Positions 29,911 to 39,391 of a stretch of 64,000 bases of DNA are shown one piece after another. Below the pieces are notes generated by a model. The model saw only the letters and a list, made by a program, of their open reading frames with translations. It was not told where the DNA came from and searched no databases. The DNA is from Gemmatimonadales bacterium (lineage in GTDB: Bacteria; Gemmatimonadota; Gemmatimonadetes; Gemmatimonadales; GWC2-71-9), in NCBI GenBank assembly GCA_037189525.1, contig JBBCJC010000005.1:704001-768000 (forward strand). The letters are read 5' to 3'. Every line of letters starts with the position of its first letter. Position 1 is the first letter of the stretch. The position numbers and the translations under genes are program-made.

Positions 29911-31881
29911 ATGTTAGTGCTGTCAAGTAGTGAGGCAACCTGGGCATTGCCAGCCGCGCTAGACATTGCGCACCGTATTGGTTCGCAGGCGATTTGGGAC
30001 TCTACCTCAAAATCATGTACGTGGAATATTCGTTCGGTTGATTGGAAGCGGCCGTCATCAAGAGTCAGCGTAGTCTCGCCCGCAGGCATCGACTTATACC
30101 AGGGCGTATCTGGAATAGTCGTATTCCTCGCCGCTGCCTACCCCTACGCCCCTTCTGCACATATGCTCCGAGTAATTCGTGGTGCATGCAGATTTCTCTC
30201 GACAGGGGCCCAATCTCTTCCACCGGGCGCGTGCAGCTTTTTCGTTGGGAGAGTAGGAGTTGCTTGGGCACTCCTGTCGGCTGGTAGGTCACTCGGCGAT
30301 GAGAGGTGGAACGCGCCTGCGAAGAAAATTCTAGAGTCATTGGCCGGCCACGAGAAAAGTGACACAGCACTTGATGTTGTTGGGGGCGCTGCCGGCGCTA
30401 TTCCGCCACTGATTCGCATGGGACAAGATCTCCGAAGCGACCGCCTACAGGATACAGCATTACGCTATGCCGACCGGTTAATATCCACAGCAAGACGGGG
30501 ACCTTCTGGATGGTCAATCCCTTCAACGAGAATCTCGCACGTTCGTGACCTTACTGGACTTGCCCACGGCGCCGCCGGAATGACACGTGCTCTCCTTGAA
30601 GCCTATCTCCTGTCAGGACGCACCAAGTACCTTTACGGATCCGAGGAGAGCGCTGCGTTCGAGAATAGCTACTATAGTGACCACGAACAGAATTGGTTCG
30701 ATTTCCGCCATGACTCTCTCGGAGAGCTCGAAGCCGAAGGGCGCCTCAGCCAGCTCCGAACGAATCCTTCTCTTCGGAGTGCCATTCAGCCATACAGAGG
30801 GCGTTTCATGGCCGCATGGTGTCACGGAGCGCCTGGAATCTTGATGGTTCGCCTTCGTACGGCACAAGTTCAGAATACGTCAACGGCTATTGCTGCCGCT
30901 TGGAGGGCAGTCCCTGCAACTCTCAGATCCGTTGAACGGATTACCTCGGGATTCAGTCTCTGTCACGGGGTTTGTGGAAATGCTGACGCCCTAATTTTTT
31001 CGGCCGAAGTCCTTTCAGCGCCTGAAGTCCGTCAAAAGGCAATGAACGCACTCCTCCACGGCGTCAAGGAGTACGTTGGTACCGGACGGTCATGGCCCTG
31101 CGGCACGGTTGACGGATTGGTTGACCCGAGCCTAATGCTAGGTGAGGCGGGAATAGGGCTTTCTCTGCTACGAGCCGTGGACCGTAACCTCGAATCGCCG
31201 CTTTTGCCATCAGGGGTTAATGTCGTCAAACCCCATTCATCCATGGCAGTCGATGACGACCTATTAGCCGAAGATCGGAGCCTTTTCTTTAGTCAAAGCC
31301 TGATGCAATCACCTGACCTGATTGCAACGGCCAATCGGTTGCGAGACCCGGCGTCGGGCATTAGCGCTGCCCGCTCGTTACTCTTGGCAGTACACGAAAG
31401 TGTACCGCCGACTGATGCACATGTAGCTTACGTTCGGTCGACAGAAATTGCGCGGTATGAAGTTGCACGAGACCATAGCCGTGTTGCTATTTTTCTCAGC
31501 TCGGTTGATCAACCTCCCGATATCGATTGGCTCTCGGCTCGTATCGTTTTCGCAGAAACGACTAAAGTTATTCCCTCCCCTGAGTCTGATAGTCATCAAG
31601 CCCCACCAGAGGATGGAACGCTAATCTTTGCCGACCTAAACCAGATATATGTACGCCCGATCGGTCGCTTTCCCCTGCTTGTACTTCAGGCTATTGAGGG
31701 ACACGATGGACTAGCAGATATCTGTTCATTCGTGGCGTCAAATCTTCCGAACGGGGATCCGAGCGACCCACGCCTTGTACAGAAAGTCATAGATCAGTTG
31801 ATGTCTTTTCATAGGGCGGCGATTGTTTCGTGCGCTCCACTTATGACTCGACTTGATCGCAGCAACGCGCAGTTCCCTTGA
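29911..31881 (+). CDS. lanC: LanC-like lanthionine cyclase with C-terminal extension
   Basis: GxxG loops LYQGVSG, FFVGRVG, DVVGGAAG, GLAHGAAG, SLMLGEAG; zinc ligands AWCHGAPG and SLCHGVCG; about 223 extra residues after PLLP. Confidence 0.9.
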   Translation: MLVLSSSEATWALPAALDIAHRIGSQAIWDSTSKSCTWNIRSVDWKRPSSRVSVVSPAGIDLYQGVSGIVVFLAAAYPYAPSAHMLRVIRGACRFLSTGAQSLPPGACSFFVGRVGVAWALLSAGRSLGDERWNAPAKKILESLAGHEKSDTALDVVGGAAGAIPPLIRMGQDLRSDRLQDTALRYADRLISTARRGPSGWSIPSTRISHVRDLTGLAHGAAGMTRALLEAYLLSGRTKYLYGSEESAAFENSYYSDHEQNWFDFRHDSLGELEAEGRLSQLRTNPSLRSAIQPYRGRFMAAWCHGAPGILMVRLRTAQVQNTSTAIAAAWRAVPATLRSVERITSGFSLCHGVCGNADALIFSAEVLSAPEVRQKAMNALLHGVKEYVGTGRSWPCGTVDGLVDPSLMLGEAGIGLSLLRAVDRNLESPLLPSGVNVVKPHSSMAVDDDLLAEDRSLFFSQSLMQSPDLIATANRLRDPASGISAARSLLLAVHESVPPTDAHVAYVRSTEIARYEVARDHSRVAIFLSSVDQPPDIDWLSARIVFAETTKVIPSPESDSHQAPPEDGTLIFADLNQIYVRPIGRFPLLVLQAIEGHDGLADICSFVASNLPNGDPSDPRLVQKVIDQLMSFHRAAIVSCAPLMTRLDRSNAQFP

Positions 31882-32364
31882 GGAATGACGCAGCCTGATC
31901 CACGTTTGCGGTGTTCCGTCACCTTAAGGGGCTAAGATTATCCAATGACGTCGGCCACAGTCGATCCGTGTTCCGACGCGGGCGCGGAAGGATGCCTAGC
32001 CTACGATCGCCTGGAAACGCTTTATCACTCCCCGTTTCTCACAATGCGGTCCGGCCGCAACACATCAGTCATCACGATTGCGTGCCTACCCCCTGGTGAA
32101 AACTCGGACTGACTCCCCCAGTACCAATCTAGGAGCTGCCTCTCCCGTTCAGATCAATCCCATGCCAGGAAAATCGCCGTGATCGCGGTATGCTAGTTCA
32201 ATCCGACAAAGCGCCTCATCCAGGCCTCTCGGCAAACAAGACTAAACCATCCTCTACCTTCAAGGCAAACTACCTCTAGCAAAAATGACCCGCCACCCTA
32301 CGGAGCTAATAGAACAGAGAATGCTGCCTGTTGAAACCTGAATCCCTGGGTGGTGCTCCCAATA

Positions 32365-32405
32365 ATGAAGGGTGGTGCAGTAGAACTTACTGCACCACCC
32401 TTCAT
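32365..32405 (-). terminator. Intrinsic terminator of the susC-susD operon
   Basis: Perfect 18-bp stem ATGAAGGGTGGTGCAGTA-gaact-TACTGCACCACCCTTCAT, 17 nt after the susD stop, followed by TATT on the minus strand. Confidence 0.8.
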
Positions 32406-32422
32406 CTCAGCTAACCGTCGTA

Positions 32423-33772
32423 CTAGAAGTTCGGATTGTTGTTCCGCTCGACGTCCGGCAGCGGCAAGCAACGGACGGAGCCGTATACGCCACCCTTCGG
32501 ACGATTGGCCGTGCCACCGGTGACCCGCTCCTGCGGAATCTGGAACGACACACCAGCCGCCGGATCGAAAGGCACATTGAACCGGATGTAGTCGTATCCA
32601 CGCTGACTCTCGAGGAACAGCTCACGCGACCGCTCCTCGATGATCTGATTCATGATGGCCGTTGCATCGCTGCTGGCGAAGGCCGGCAGGCTGACTGCCG
32701 AATGCAGCTCGTTGATATACGACACGGCGGCATCCGGGTTCACCAGATGATAGTCGGCCTCGGCCATGATCAGACGGGCTTCCCCGTACCTCGCGAGAGG
32801 AATAGCCGCCGCCTGCGAGTTGTACTTCCGCGCAATGTACAGGTTCGGAGTCAGGTTGTCCTGGCCGGTCGGCCCGACAGCGACGACGACCCGAGGATCG
32901 GGAACGCCGTTAAACGTCATCGCCTGATACCGCGGCGCAACCCCGATCGTCCGGCCTTCCTGGTTCCGCGTAAACACATGATTGCGGGAGTAGGACGCGT
33001 TGGTCGCGTACGGCATGTTATAGACGAAACCGGCCGGAATGGCGGCCGCATCCGCCCGGGCTTCGGTGAGCTTCGCATTCACGACCGCCTGCCCCGGCAA
33101 CTTCGCCAGATTGAGACGGGTACGGGCACGACCGACGCGAGCCGCATTGGCGATCGCGGTATTGTTCGCGGCGCCGGCATGCGTGATGGCCTCGGTGAAC
33201 TTTCCTTCCGCCACCGCAAATACCTGCGCGGGCGTCATCTCCGGCCCGCCATCCAGCGCCATCGAGCAGAAACCTTCGCCCAACAGCAGCGTGGAGTACC
33301 CGGCAAGGAGGGCGGCACGAGCCATCAATGCCGTCCGGCCCGACACCTGGGCATCGGAATACTGAGCCAGGTTCGTCAGCGCCAAGTTGGCCGTGTAACG
33401 GGCAGTCTGCATCGGCGCGTAGACGCCAAACTGCTGGCCTCCGTCGCACGCTGCGGTGGCGTAGTTACCGCCCGCCTGCAACATCGAGCGACGATCCCAG
33501 TCCCAACCTGCCGCAGCGAGCTGGGTGTCTTCGAGTTCGTCGGTGATCAGCCCGAATCCCGTGATGTACGCCTGGAAGGCACAGCCAAATGCCGCCTGCG
33601 CTCCATCCACCATCAATGACGCCGCCGCGGGACCTTCAAGCGTGCTTTCGAGGATACGCGACGGCGCGGCCTGGTCGAGCAGGTCGCTACAACCAGCGGC
33701 CCCCAGGAGGAGGGCCACGGGCGCAACCGCCCTGGCCCCCCGATACATCAGTTTAGAAACCATAGTCTGCAT
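32423..33772 (-). CDS. RagB/SusD family nutrient-uptake lipoprotein
   Basis: Lipobox AAGC, EARLIMAEA, IIEERSRELFLESQR, CLPLPDVE...NPN; follows a SusC gene. Confidence 0.88.
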   Translation of the reverse strand: MQTMVSKLMYRGARAVAPVALLLGAAGCSDLLDQAAPSRILESTLEGPAAASLMVDGAQAAFGCAFQAYITGFGLITDELEDTQLAAAGWDWDRRSMLQAGGNYATAACDGGQQFGVYAPMQTARYTANLALTNLAQYSDAQVSGRTALMARAALLAGYSTLLLGEGFCSMALDGGPEMTPAQVFAVAEGKFTEAITHAGAANNTAIANAARVGRARTRLNLAKLPGQAVVNAKLTEARADAAAIPAGFVYNMPYATNASYSRNHVFTRNQEGRTIGVAPRYQAMTFNGVPDPRVVVAVGPTGQDNLTPNLYIARKYNSQAAAIPLARYGEARLIMAEADYHLVNPDAAVSYINELHSAVSLPAFASSDATAIMNQIIEERSRELFLESQRGYDYIRFNVPFDPAAGVSFQIPQERVTGGTANRPKGGVYGSVRCLPLPDVERNNNPNF

Positions 33773-33802
33773 GAGAATTCAGTTCCTCGTCTCAGGCCCA
33801 GG

Positions 33803-36775
33803 TCAGAAAGTCAGGTTGATCGAGAGGTTCAACGACGCAAGCTGAGGCGTCTGATCCTGCTCGGTGCGCTGGCGTGACTCCGTCACGAAGTACGCCTCAG
33901 GATCCAGGCCGCTGTAACCAGTCCAGGTGTGGAGGTTACGAGCCGAGAGAGAGAGGGTGCCGTCCGTGGCGCGGAACCAGCGGGAAACCGACCGCGGCAT
34001 CGAGTACGAGACCGAAATTTCCCGAAGCTTGATGAAGCTTGCGTCGCTGGCGACGAACGAGGTGGCGGTACCACCCGTCTGGATCTCGGCAACGATCCGC
34101 GGATCGTAATCGTGCGGCCGGATGTTCTCGACGCAACGGAGGAAGATCTGGCACAGTGCCCGGCGGTTGTTATCCAGGTGCTTGTTCCCCTGCTTGAAAT
34201 CGGCAAGCCCGTACACCCGGAGCCGGTTCCACAACGTGGCCGTGGCACTGAACGCGCCCTCGAGCTTGGGATCGAATCGACCCTGGAGGACAGACGGAGC
34301 CGAAGTACAAACAACACCACCACCATTGCCATCGTCGCAGAGCACGTTGATGGCCTGCCCCGCCGCGTTCAACTCAGCCGAGATGACCTGGCGCGCATAG
34401 TACGCGTCGACCGGATGACCGACGGTCGGGCTCGCGTTGCCGAGTGACTGGATCGGCGAGCCGTCCGGGTTCGTACCGAGATCCAGAATCTTGTTGTCAT
34501 TCGTGGCAACCGAGAACCGCAGATCGAGCGCGAAGTTCTGCTTCTGGATCGGCGTACCGTACACCTCGACCTCGATGCCCTGGTTCTTGATGGCACCGAC
34601 GTTGATGAACTGCGCACCCGTGTAGCCCAGCGACGGCGCCTGGGCCTTCTGCAGGATCGCGTCACGGGTCTTCTTATAGAAGCCGGTGACCGAGAAACCG
34701 AGACGATCATTCAGCAAACCGGCGTCCGCACCGACTTCGAACTCTTCCGCGCGTTCCGGCTTGAGGTCCGGATTGCCGACGAACTCCGGAATGGCTGCCG
34801 CCGAACCGTTGCCGCCGACGACTGCCCTCCAACTCCGCACGGCGGAGAAGGCGGCAGGCTGCTGACCCGCCTGGCCGTAGGCACCGCGCAGCTTGAGGGT
34901 GTTGGCGAAGCCCTCGCCACCTTCACGCGCGATGTACGAAAGGCTGACCTTCGGATAGGCGATCAGGGTGAAGTTGTCGCCGAAGGCGCTATTGTTATCG
35001 ATCCGGACGGCGCCCGTCAGGTACAGACGATCGCTGAAGCCGAACTGCTGCTGGAAGTAGCTTCCCAAGGTCGAGTTTTCGATGAACGTCTCGCCAGCCG
35101 AGAAGATCGACGCCGCTTCGATCGCTTCCAGTCCGGGAGCCGGGAACTGCTGGCCCTGCGCAGTCAGGATGTCATTCCGCTGACGATAGTACTGGGCGCC
35201 AACCGACGTCGTGGACGAAATCTTGTCCGAGATCGACATGCGCGCGGTGGCGCTGTAGTCGAACGTCGTGAAGTTGCTGGTCCGGCGCTGCTTCCACTTG
35301 GAGCCAAGGCGACCGACGCCCTGGTTGAACACGATCCACTGCGGCGGCAGGTACCGATTGTAATCTTCGGCGGCCTGGTCGGTCTGATCGAGGCCGACGG
35401 TCAGCTTGTGGCTCAACCACGAAAGCGGCCGGTGGTTCAGCGTCACGCTACCCGTAAAGCGGTTGATCGACATGACCGCCTGACGCGCGCCCCACTGGTA
35501 TTCCTGCGGACCACCGTTGAAACCGCGGTACGGGGTGTTGACCGTGTTCGGATCCCCGAAGATGGTCGAGAACCAGATACCACCGGAGCCGGCCTCATAG
35601 GCCTGATTGACCTTGCTCTTGACGTAGCCAAAGCTGGTCTGGACATCGAACTTCTCACCGCCGCTGATGGTGAGGTTCAGATTGGTCGTCAGACGACGCA
35701 TGTTGTTCGTCTGTTCGATACCGTTGTCGGCGTCGAGCGTCGTACCAGCGTAGTACCGAATCGCTTCGGTTCCACCGCTGATGTTCGCCCCGTAGCCCAT
35801 CAGGTATCCGTTCTTGAAGAGCAGCGACGAGACGGAGTCCGGATGCGGATTGGCCGAGAGCCGCTTATGCCGCTCCCGTTCCTGCGCCACCGGGTTCCAG
35901 TAGGTCTCGACCCCGTTGATCATCGCCACCGGCTGCACGATCCGGCCTTCCGGATTCATGAACCAGTTGGTGCCCTGACGGGTCTGGAGCCCGATCACCG
36001 GCTTGGCGCCCTGCTTGCCGCGCTTGGTGATGATCTGGATCACACCGTTGGTCGCCTCGGTGCCGTACAGCGTGGCAGCCGCGGGGCCTTTGATGATTTC
36101 GATGCTCTCGATCTGGTCCGGATCGATATCGTTGAGCCGGCTCGAAATACCGGAGCCGAAGCCCTGCACCGAGACACCCTGCGCGGTCGAGTTGTTGACC
36201 CGGGCGCCGTCGATGTAGATCAGCGGGTTGCCGTTCAAGCTGAAGCTGTTGACACCCCGAATCCGGATCTGCGGACCTGAACCGACCTGGCCCGTGCCCG
36301 GGATGACCATGACACCGGGAGCCCGGCTGTTGATCAGGTTCGAGATGTCCGGCACCGGCGCGAACGACTGCTGGTCGGCCGCATGCACGGTCGCCGTCGC
36401 ATTACCGAGGGTCCGGCGCTCCACCGCTTCCGGCGTACCGGTTACGACGAGTTCGCCGAGGTTGATCGCCTGCTCGACCAGATTGATGCGCACGTCATTG
36501 GAGCCGACACGCGCCACCTGAGTCCGCGGGCTGTAGCCGATCATGGTAACGCGAAGCGTCACTTCCGACCCCGAGAGCCCGGTCAGGGTAAACCGACCGG
36601 CGTTGCTGCTGCGCACTTCTTTACCCGCTACGCCCTCGACGGCAATACGCGCGCCCTCGAGTGCTCGGCCGGAACGGCTATCGACGACGACGCCGCTCAC
36701 GTCCTGTGCTGCCAACCCACCGGCCGTGAGCGCCATACACGCCACGACGGCTCCGAGGAGTTTCCTCAACCTCAT
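33803..36775 (-). CDS. SusC/RagA family TonB-dependent outer-membrane receptor
   Basis: Signal peptide, carboxypeptidase-regulatory-like N-domain, LVVTGT TonB box, IRIRG...PLIYIDG, DIDPDQIESIEIIKGPAAATLYG...GVIQIITK, terminal Phe. Confidence 0.95.
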   Translation of the reverse strand: MRLRKLLGAVVACMALTAGGLAAQDVSGVVVDSRSGRALEGARIAVEGVAGKEVRSSNAGRFTLTGLSGSEVTLRVTMIGYSPRTQVARVGSNDVRINLVEQAINLGELVVTGTPEAVERRTLGNATATVHAADQQSFAPVPDISNLINSRAPGVMVIPGTGQVGSGPQIRIRGVNSFSLNGNPLIYIDGARVNNSTAQGVSVQGFGSGISSRLNDIDPDQIESIEIIKGPAAATLYGTEATNGVIQIITKRGKQGAKPVIGLQTRQGTNWFMNPEGRIVQPVAMINGVETYWNPVAQERERHKRLSANPHPDSVSSLLFKNGYLMGYGANISGGTEAIRYYAGTTLDADNGIEQTNNMRRLTTNLNLTISGGEKFDVQTSFGYVKSKVNQAYEAGSGGIWFSTIFGDPNTVNTPYRGFNGGPQEYQWGARQAVMSINRFTGSVTLNHRPLSWLSHKLTVGLDQTDQAAEDYNRYLPPQWIVFNQGVGRLGSKWKQRRTSNFTTFDYSATARMSISDKISSTTSVGAQYYRQRNDILTAQGQQFPAPGLEAIEAASIFSAGETFIENSTLGSYFQQQFGFSDRLYLTGAVRIDNNSAFGDNFTLIAYPKVSLSYIAREGGEGFANTLKLRGAYGQAGQQPAAFSAVRSWRAVVGGNGSAAAIPEFVGNPDLKPERAEEFEVGADAGLLNDRLGFSVTGFYKKTRDAILQKAQAPSLGYTGAQFINVGAIKNQGIEVEVYGTPIQKQNFALDLRFSVATNDNKILDLGTNPDGSPIQSLGNASPTVGHPVDAYYARQVISAELNAAGQAINVLCDDGNGGGVVCTSAPSVLQGRFDPKLEGAFSATATLWNRLRVYGLADFKQGNKHLDNNRRALCQIFLRCVENIRPHDYDPRIVAEIQTGGTATSFVASDASFIKLREISVSYSMPRSVSRWFRATDGTLSLSARNLHTWTGYSGLDPEAYFVTESRQRTEQDQTPQLASLNLSINLTF

Positions 36776-36889
36776 ACGCTTCTCCGGGTCTGGGGGCTAA
36801 GACACGATCGCACGCACCGCGAGCCCACGCGGCGCGGGACTAAAATCTGGATTCCTGCGAACGAACGGTGACCAGTTCGGTACTCGGCT

Positions 36890-36909
36890 TTGTATACATT
36901 GTTGTCGGA
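36890..36909 (+). promoter_or_regulatory. Candidate GntR/FadR-type operator upstream of susC
   Basis: TTGTATAC-ATTG-TTGTCGGA containing the palindrome TGTATACA; related motifs at 49891 and 59920. Confidence 0.5.
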
Positions 36910-37002
36910 CGAGCAGTCATCATACGCACCGCGAGACCGAAATGCAAGATGGAACACCTGGTTCGCCCCCTACGAAACCCCTCGTACAGGAGTTTCCTGG
37001 AG

Positions 37003-37713
37003 CTACCAATTCCCGGCTTCGCCCTGCGCTCCGATAACGGCTTGCAAACGCACCGCGGCGTTCCGCCAATTGGTTCGGACGGCCGCCTGGGCGTGCTGCC
37101 CTCTCCCGGCAGAAATCTCCGCGATGATCTGGGTATGTTCGACGATGGACGTCTGAATGGCGTCGTGCAATACGGTCTGATAAATCCGGATGTACCGCTC
37201 GATCTGGGGCTTGATCGCGTCGTGAAGCGACCGGAGACGCGGCCCGGCAGCCGCCTCCACGTACGCCCGATGGAACCGGGTGTCGAGCTCGAAAAGCTCG
37301 TCGCTATCCCCACCCACCGCGCTGGCGACCCGCTGGTACTCTTCGTTGAGTTCGTTCAGAGTGTAGACCAATGCGTTCCGTGGTCTAGTCGGGAGGCCCG
37401 CCGCCCGCTCGGCCGCCAACCCCTCGATCTCCGCCACCATCCCGAAGAGCTCACGGGCATCGTCCTGGGTCAACGGGGCAACCGTCAGGCGACTCCGCCG
37501 GCCCTCCCGCGCGGCCGTGATGTACCCTTCCTGCTGAAGGCGCTGCAGTGCCGCCCGCACCGAGGTGCGGCTGACCCCGAACCGGGAAGTCAGGTCAGCC
37601 TCGGTAAGCCGAAATCCTGGCGCGACTTTGCCCCGCACGATCAGGTCTCGGACCTGTTGATAGACCTCCCAGACCCGATCCTGTCGGACCGGGACCAACG
37701 TCGAAAACGACAT
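37003..37713 (-). CDS. GntR family (FadR/FCD subfamily) transcriptional regulator
   Basis: wHTH PGFRLTEADL...FGVSRTSVRAALQRLQQEG; FCD motifs DTRFH and EHTQII. Alternative start GTG 37722. Confidence 0.93.
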   Translation of the reverse strand: MSFSTLVPVRQDRVWEVYQQVRDLIVRGKVAPGFRLTEADLTSRFGVSRTSVRAALQRLQQEGYITAAREGRRSRLTVAPLTQDDARELFGMVAEIEGLAAERAAGLPTRPRNALVYTLNELNEEYQRVASAVGGDSDELFELDTRFHRAYVEAAAGPRLRSLHDAIKPQIERYIRIYQTVLHDAIQTSIVEHTQIIAEISAGRGQHAQAAVRTNWRNAAVRLQAVIGAQGEAGNW

Positions 37714-37822
37714 CAGCAACACCCGTGGTCATAGCGATTGGTCATCCCACCCGGGGGATCGGGAACTCGGCCGCCAATCTATTGGTCAAACAACCAACGC
37801 GATAGACCAGGCGCGCTTCCGG

Positions 37823-39391
37823 TCAATCCCGCCGGAAGGTCCCCATCCCGTCAATCGTTACCGACGCCACGGCGCCGTCCCGGCCAATCGCAAAGGTGGC
37901 AAACTGTCCGCCCGCCCAGGTCCCCGACAGCCGAAGCCGGAAGACGTCGTAATGCCAGGGCTGGAGCAATCCATCGCCACCCTCCCGGATCCTGAATTCG
38001 AGTCCCCCAGGCCCGGCAACGACACTGACCTCACCCATGAGGTCGTTCCGGTATCGTCCCGCATAAGCGGTCATCGGCCGACTCGGCGGCGCTCCCTCGA
38101 CCCGCTGGGCCTGGAGCGCGCGCTCCGCCTCACGGCTCCGGGCCCGGTCGAGAGCGTTGAGCGCGAGCAGTTCACGACTCCAGTCCCGCACCGGCGCGCC
38201 CAGATGGAGGTCGATGATCCGATACGCGAGCGCCTGGGGCAGCCAGGCATACCCCATGTCACCGTTCGAGAGCACCGCAATCCCAAGGTTCTCTTCCGGT
38301 ACGAAGCCGACATAGGCCAGGAACCCGATGATCCCGCCGGTGTGCCAGACCACCTTCCGGCTCCGGTAGTCGTTGAGCCGCCAGCCCAGACCATAGGACC
38401 AGAAATGGGTGCTGGGACTGACCGAGTCGACCAGTTGAATCCAGCCCGCGGGATACAGCACCGATTGCGGCGTCAGCATGGCATCGAAGGTCGCGGAGCG
38501 CAGCAACCGCTTCCCGTCATGGACGCCACCGGACGTCAGAAAGCGAAGCCACTGCGCCATGTCGGCAGCATTCGAGATGACCGAGCCCGCCGAAACCGCG
38601 TTGTCATAGCTCTGCCAGGCAATGGGACGGACCGAGTCGGCGACCATCTGATGGGGCAACGCCGCATCATGCCCGTTCCGGACATCGTCCAGTGTGACCG
38701 GACGATCCGGCAGCGCACAGTAGAAGCACTTGGCAAAGCGGGTCGAGTCGAAAAACCGGCTGATATCCGTAGTCGTCTGCCCCATTCCGAGCGGGCTCAA
38801 GATCCGTTCAGCCAGGAGACGCTCCCACGGCTTGCCGGCCGCCGCCGCAACCGCCTCACCCGCGGCCGAATACATCATGTTGCTGTACTCGTAGCGGCTC
38901 CGAAACGGCACCGCCGGCGTGAGATAGCGCAGCTGGCGCAGCACCTTCTCGCGGGTCCAGGTCACCACGCCGTTGTAAGCACCCAGGATCCCGGTCCGGT
39001 GCGAAAAGGCATCCCGCAGGGTGACGTTCTGAGTCAGATACGGATCGGCCAACTCGAACCACGGCAGATGGCGGCGAATCGGATCATCCCAACCGATCAC
39101 GCCATCATCCACCAGCATGGCCGCCAGCGCAGACGAGAACGCCTTACTGGTCGACCCGATCTCGAACAGCGTCTGGGCAGTGACCGGATCCGGGCGGCCC
39201 AGCTGTTTGACACCGTACCCCTTGGCGAGAATGACCGAGTCGTTCCGAACGATCGCAATTGCCACGCCGGGGACGCGCCACTCCGCCAGCGCCTTGGCTA
39301 CGTAGTCGTCAAACCCGGCGAGAGCACGCTCCTGCGCGGCCAACGGAGCCGTGACTCCGAACAGCGCCGCTATCAACCACATCGCTTTCAT
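37823..39391 (-). CDS. Secreted serine hydrolase with C-terminal DUF3471-like domain
   Basis: GSTSKAF, YSN, HTGG, YAGRY...G...WHYDVF tail; start overlaps the cytochrome c stop. Confidence 0.9.
   Translation of the reverse strand: MKAMWLIAALFGVTAPLAAQERALAGFDDYVAKALAEWRVPGVAIAIVRNDSVILAKGYGVKQLGRPDPVTAQTLFEIGSTSKAFSSALAAMLVDDGVIGWDDPIRRHLPWFELADPYLTQNVTLRDAFSHRTGILGAYNGVVTWTREKVLRQLRYLTPAVPFRSRYEYSNMMYSAAGEAVAAAAGKPWERLLAERILSPLGMGQTTTDISRFFDSTRFAKCFYCALPDRPVTLDDVRNGHDAALPHQMVADSVRPIAWQSYDNAVSAGSVISNAADMAQWLRFLTSGGVHDGKRLLRSATFDAMLTPQSVLYPAGWIQLVDSVSPSTHFWSYGLGWRLNDYRSRKVVWHTGGIIGFLAYVGFVPEENLGIAVLSNGDMGYAWLPQALAYRIIDLHLGAPVRDWSRELLALNALDRARSREAERALQAQRVEGAPPSRPMTAYAGRYRNDLMGEVSVVAGPGGLEFRIREGGDGLLQPWHYDVFRLRLSGTWAGGQFATFAIGRDGAVASVTIDGMGTFRRD

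Larger units (their letters stand above)
21390..32364. other. Lower-GC genomic island carrying a class I lanthipeptide biosynthetic gene cluster
   Basis: Spot counts of 60-nt lines: 45%, 57% and 58% GC inside (23101, 27001, 30601) against 63% and 78% outside (9001, 40981). Contains precursor, split LanB, LanC, exporter and protease. Boundaries approximate. Confidence 0.85.

Noticed and set aside
31911..32099. 62-aa ORF downstream of lanC
   Set aside because: No recognisable motif or supporting signal; likely spurious.
21399..32309. TTAGCTCC (21399-21406) and GGAGCTAA (32302-32309) as terminal inverted repeats of the island
   Set aside because: Only 8 bp, does not extend, no target-site duplication and no transposase; compatible with chance.
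32423..36775. susCD as part of the lanthipeptide cluster
   Set aside because: Host-like GC and codon usage, its own terminator and a GntR-type upstream site; adjacency alone is insufficient.
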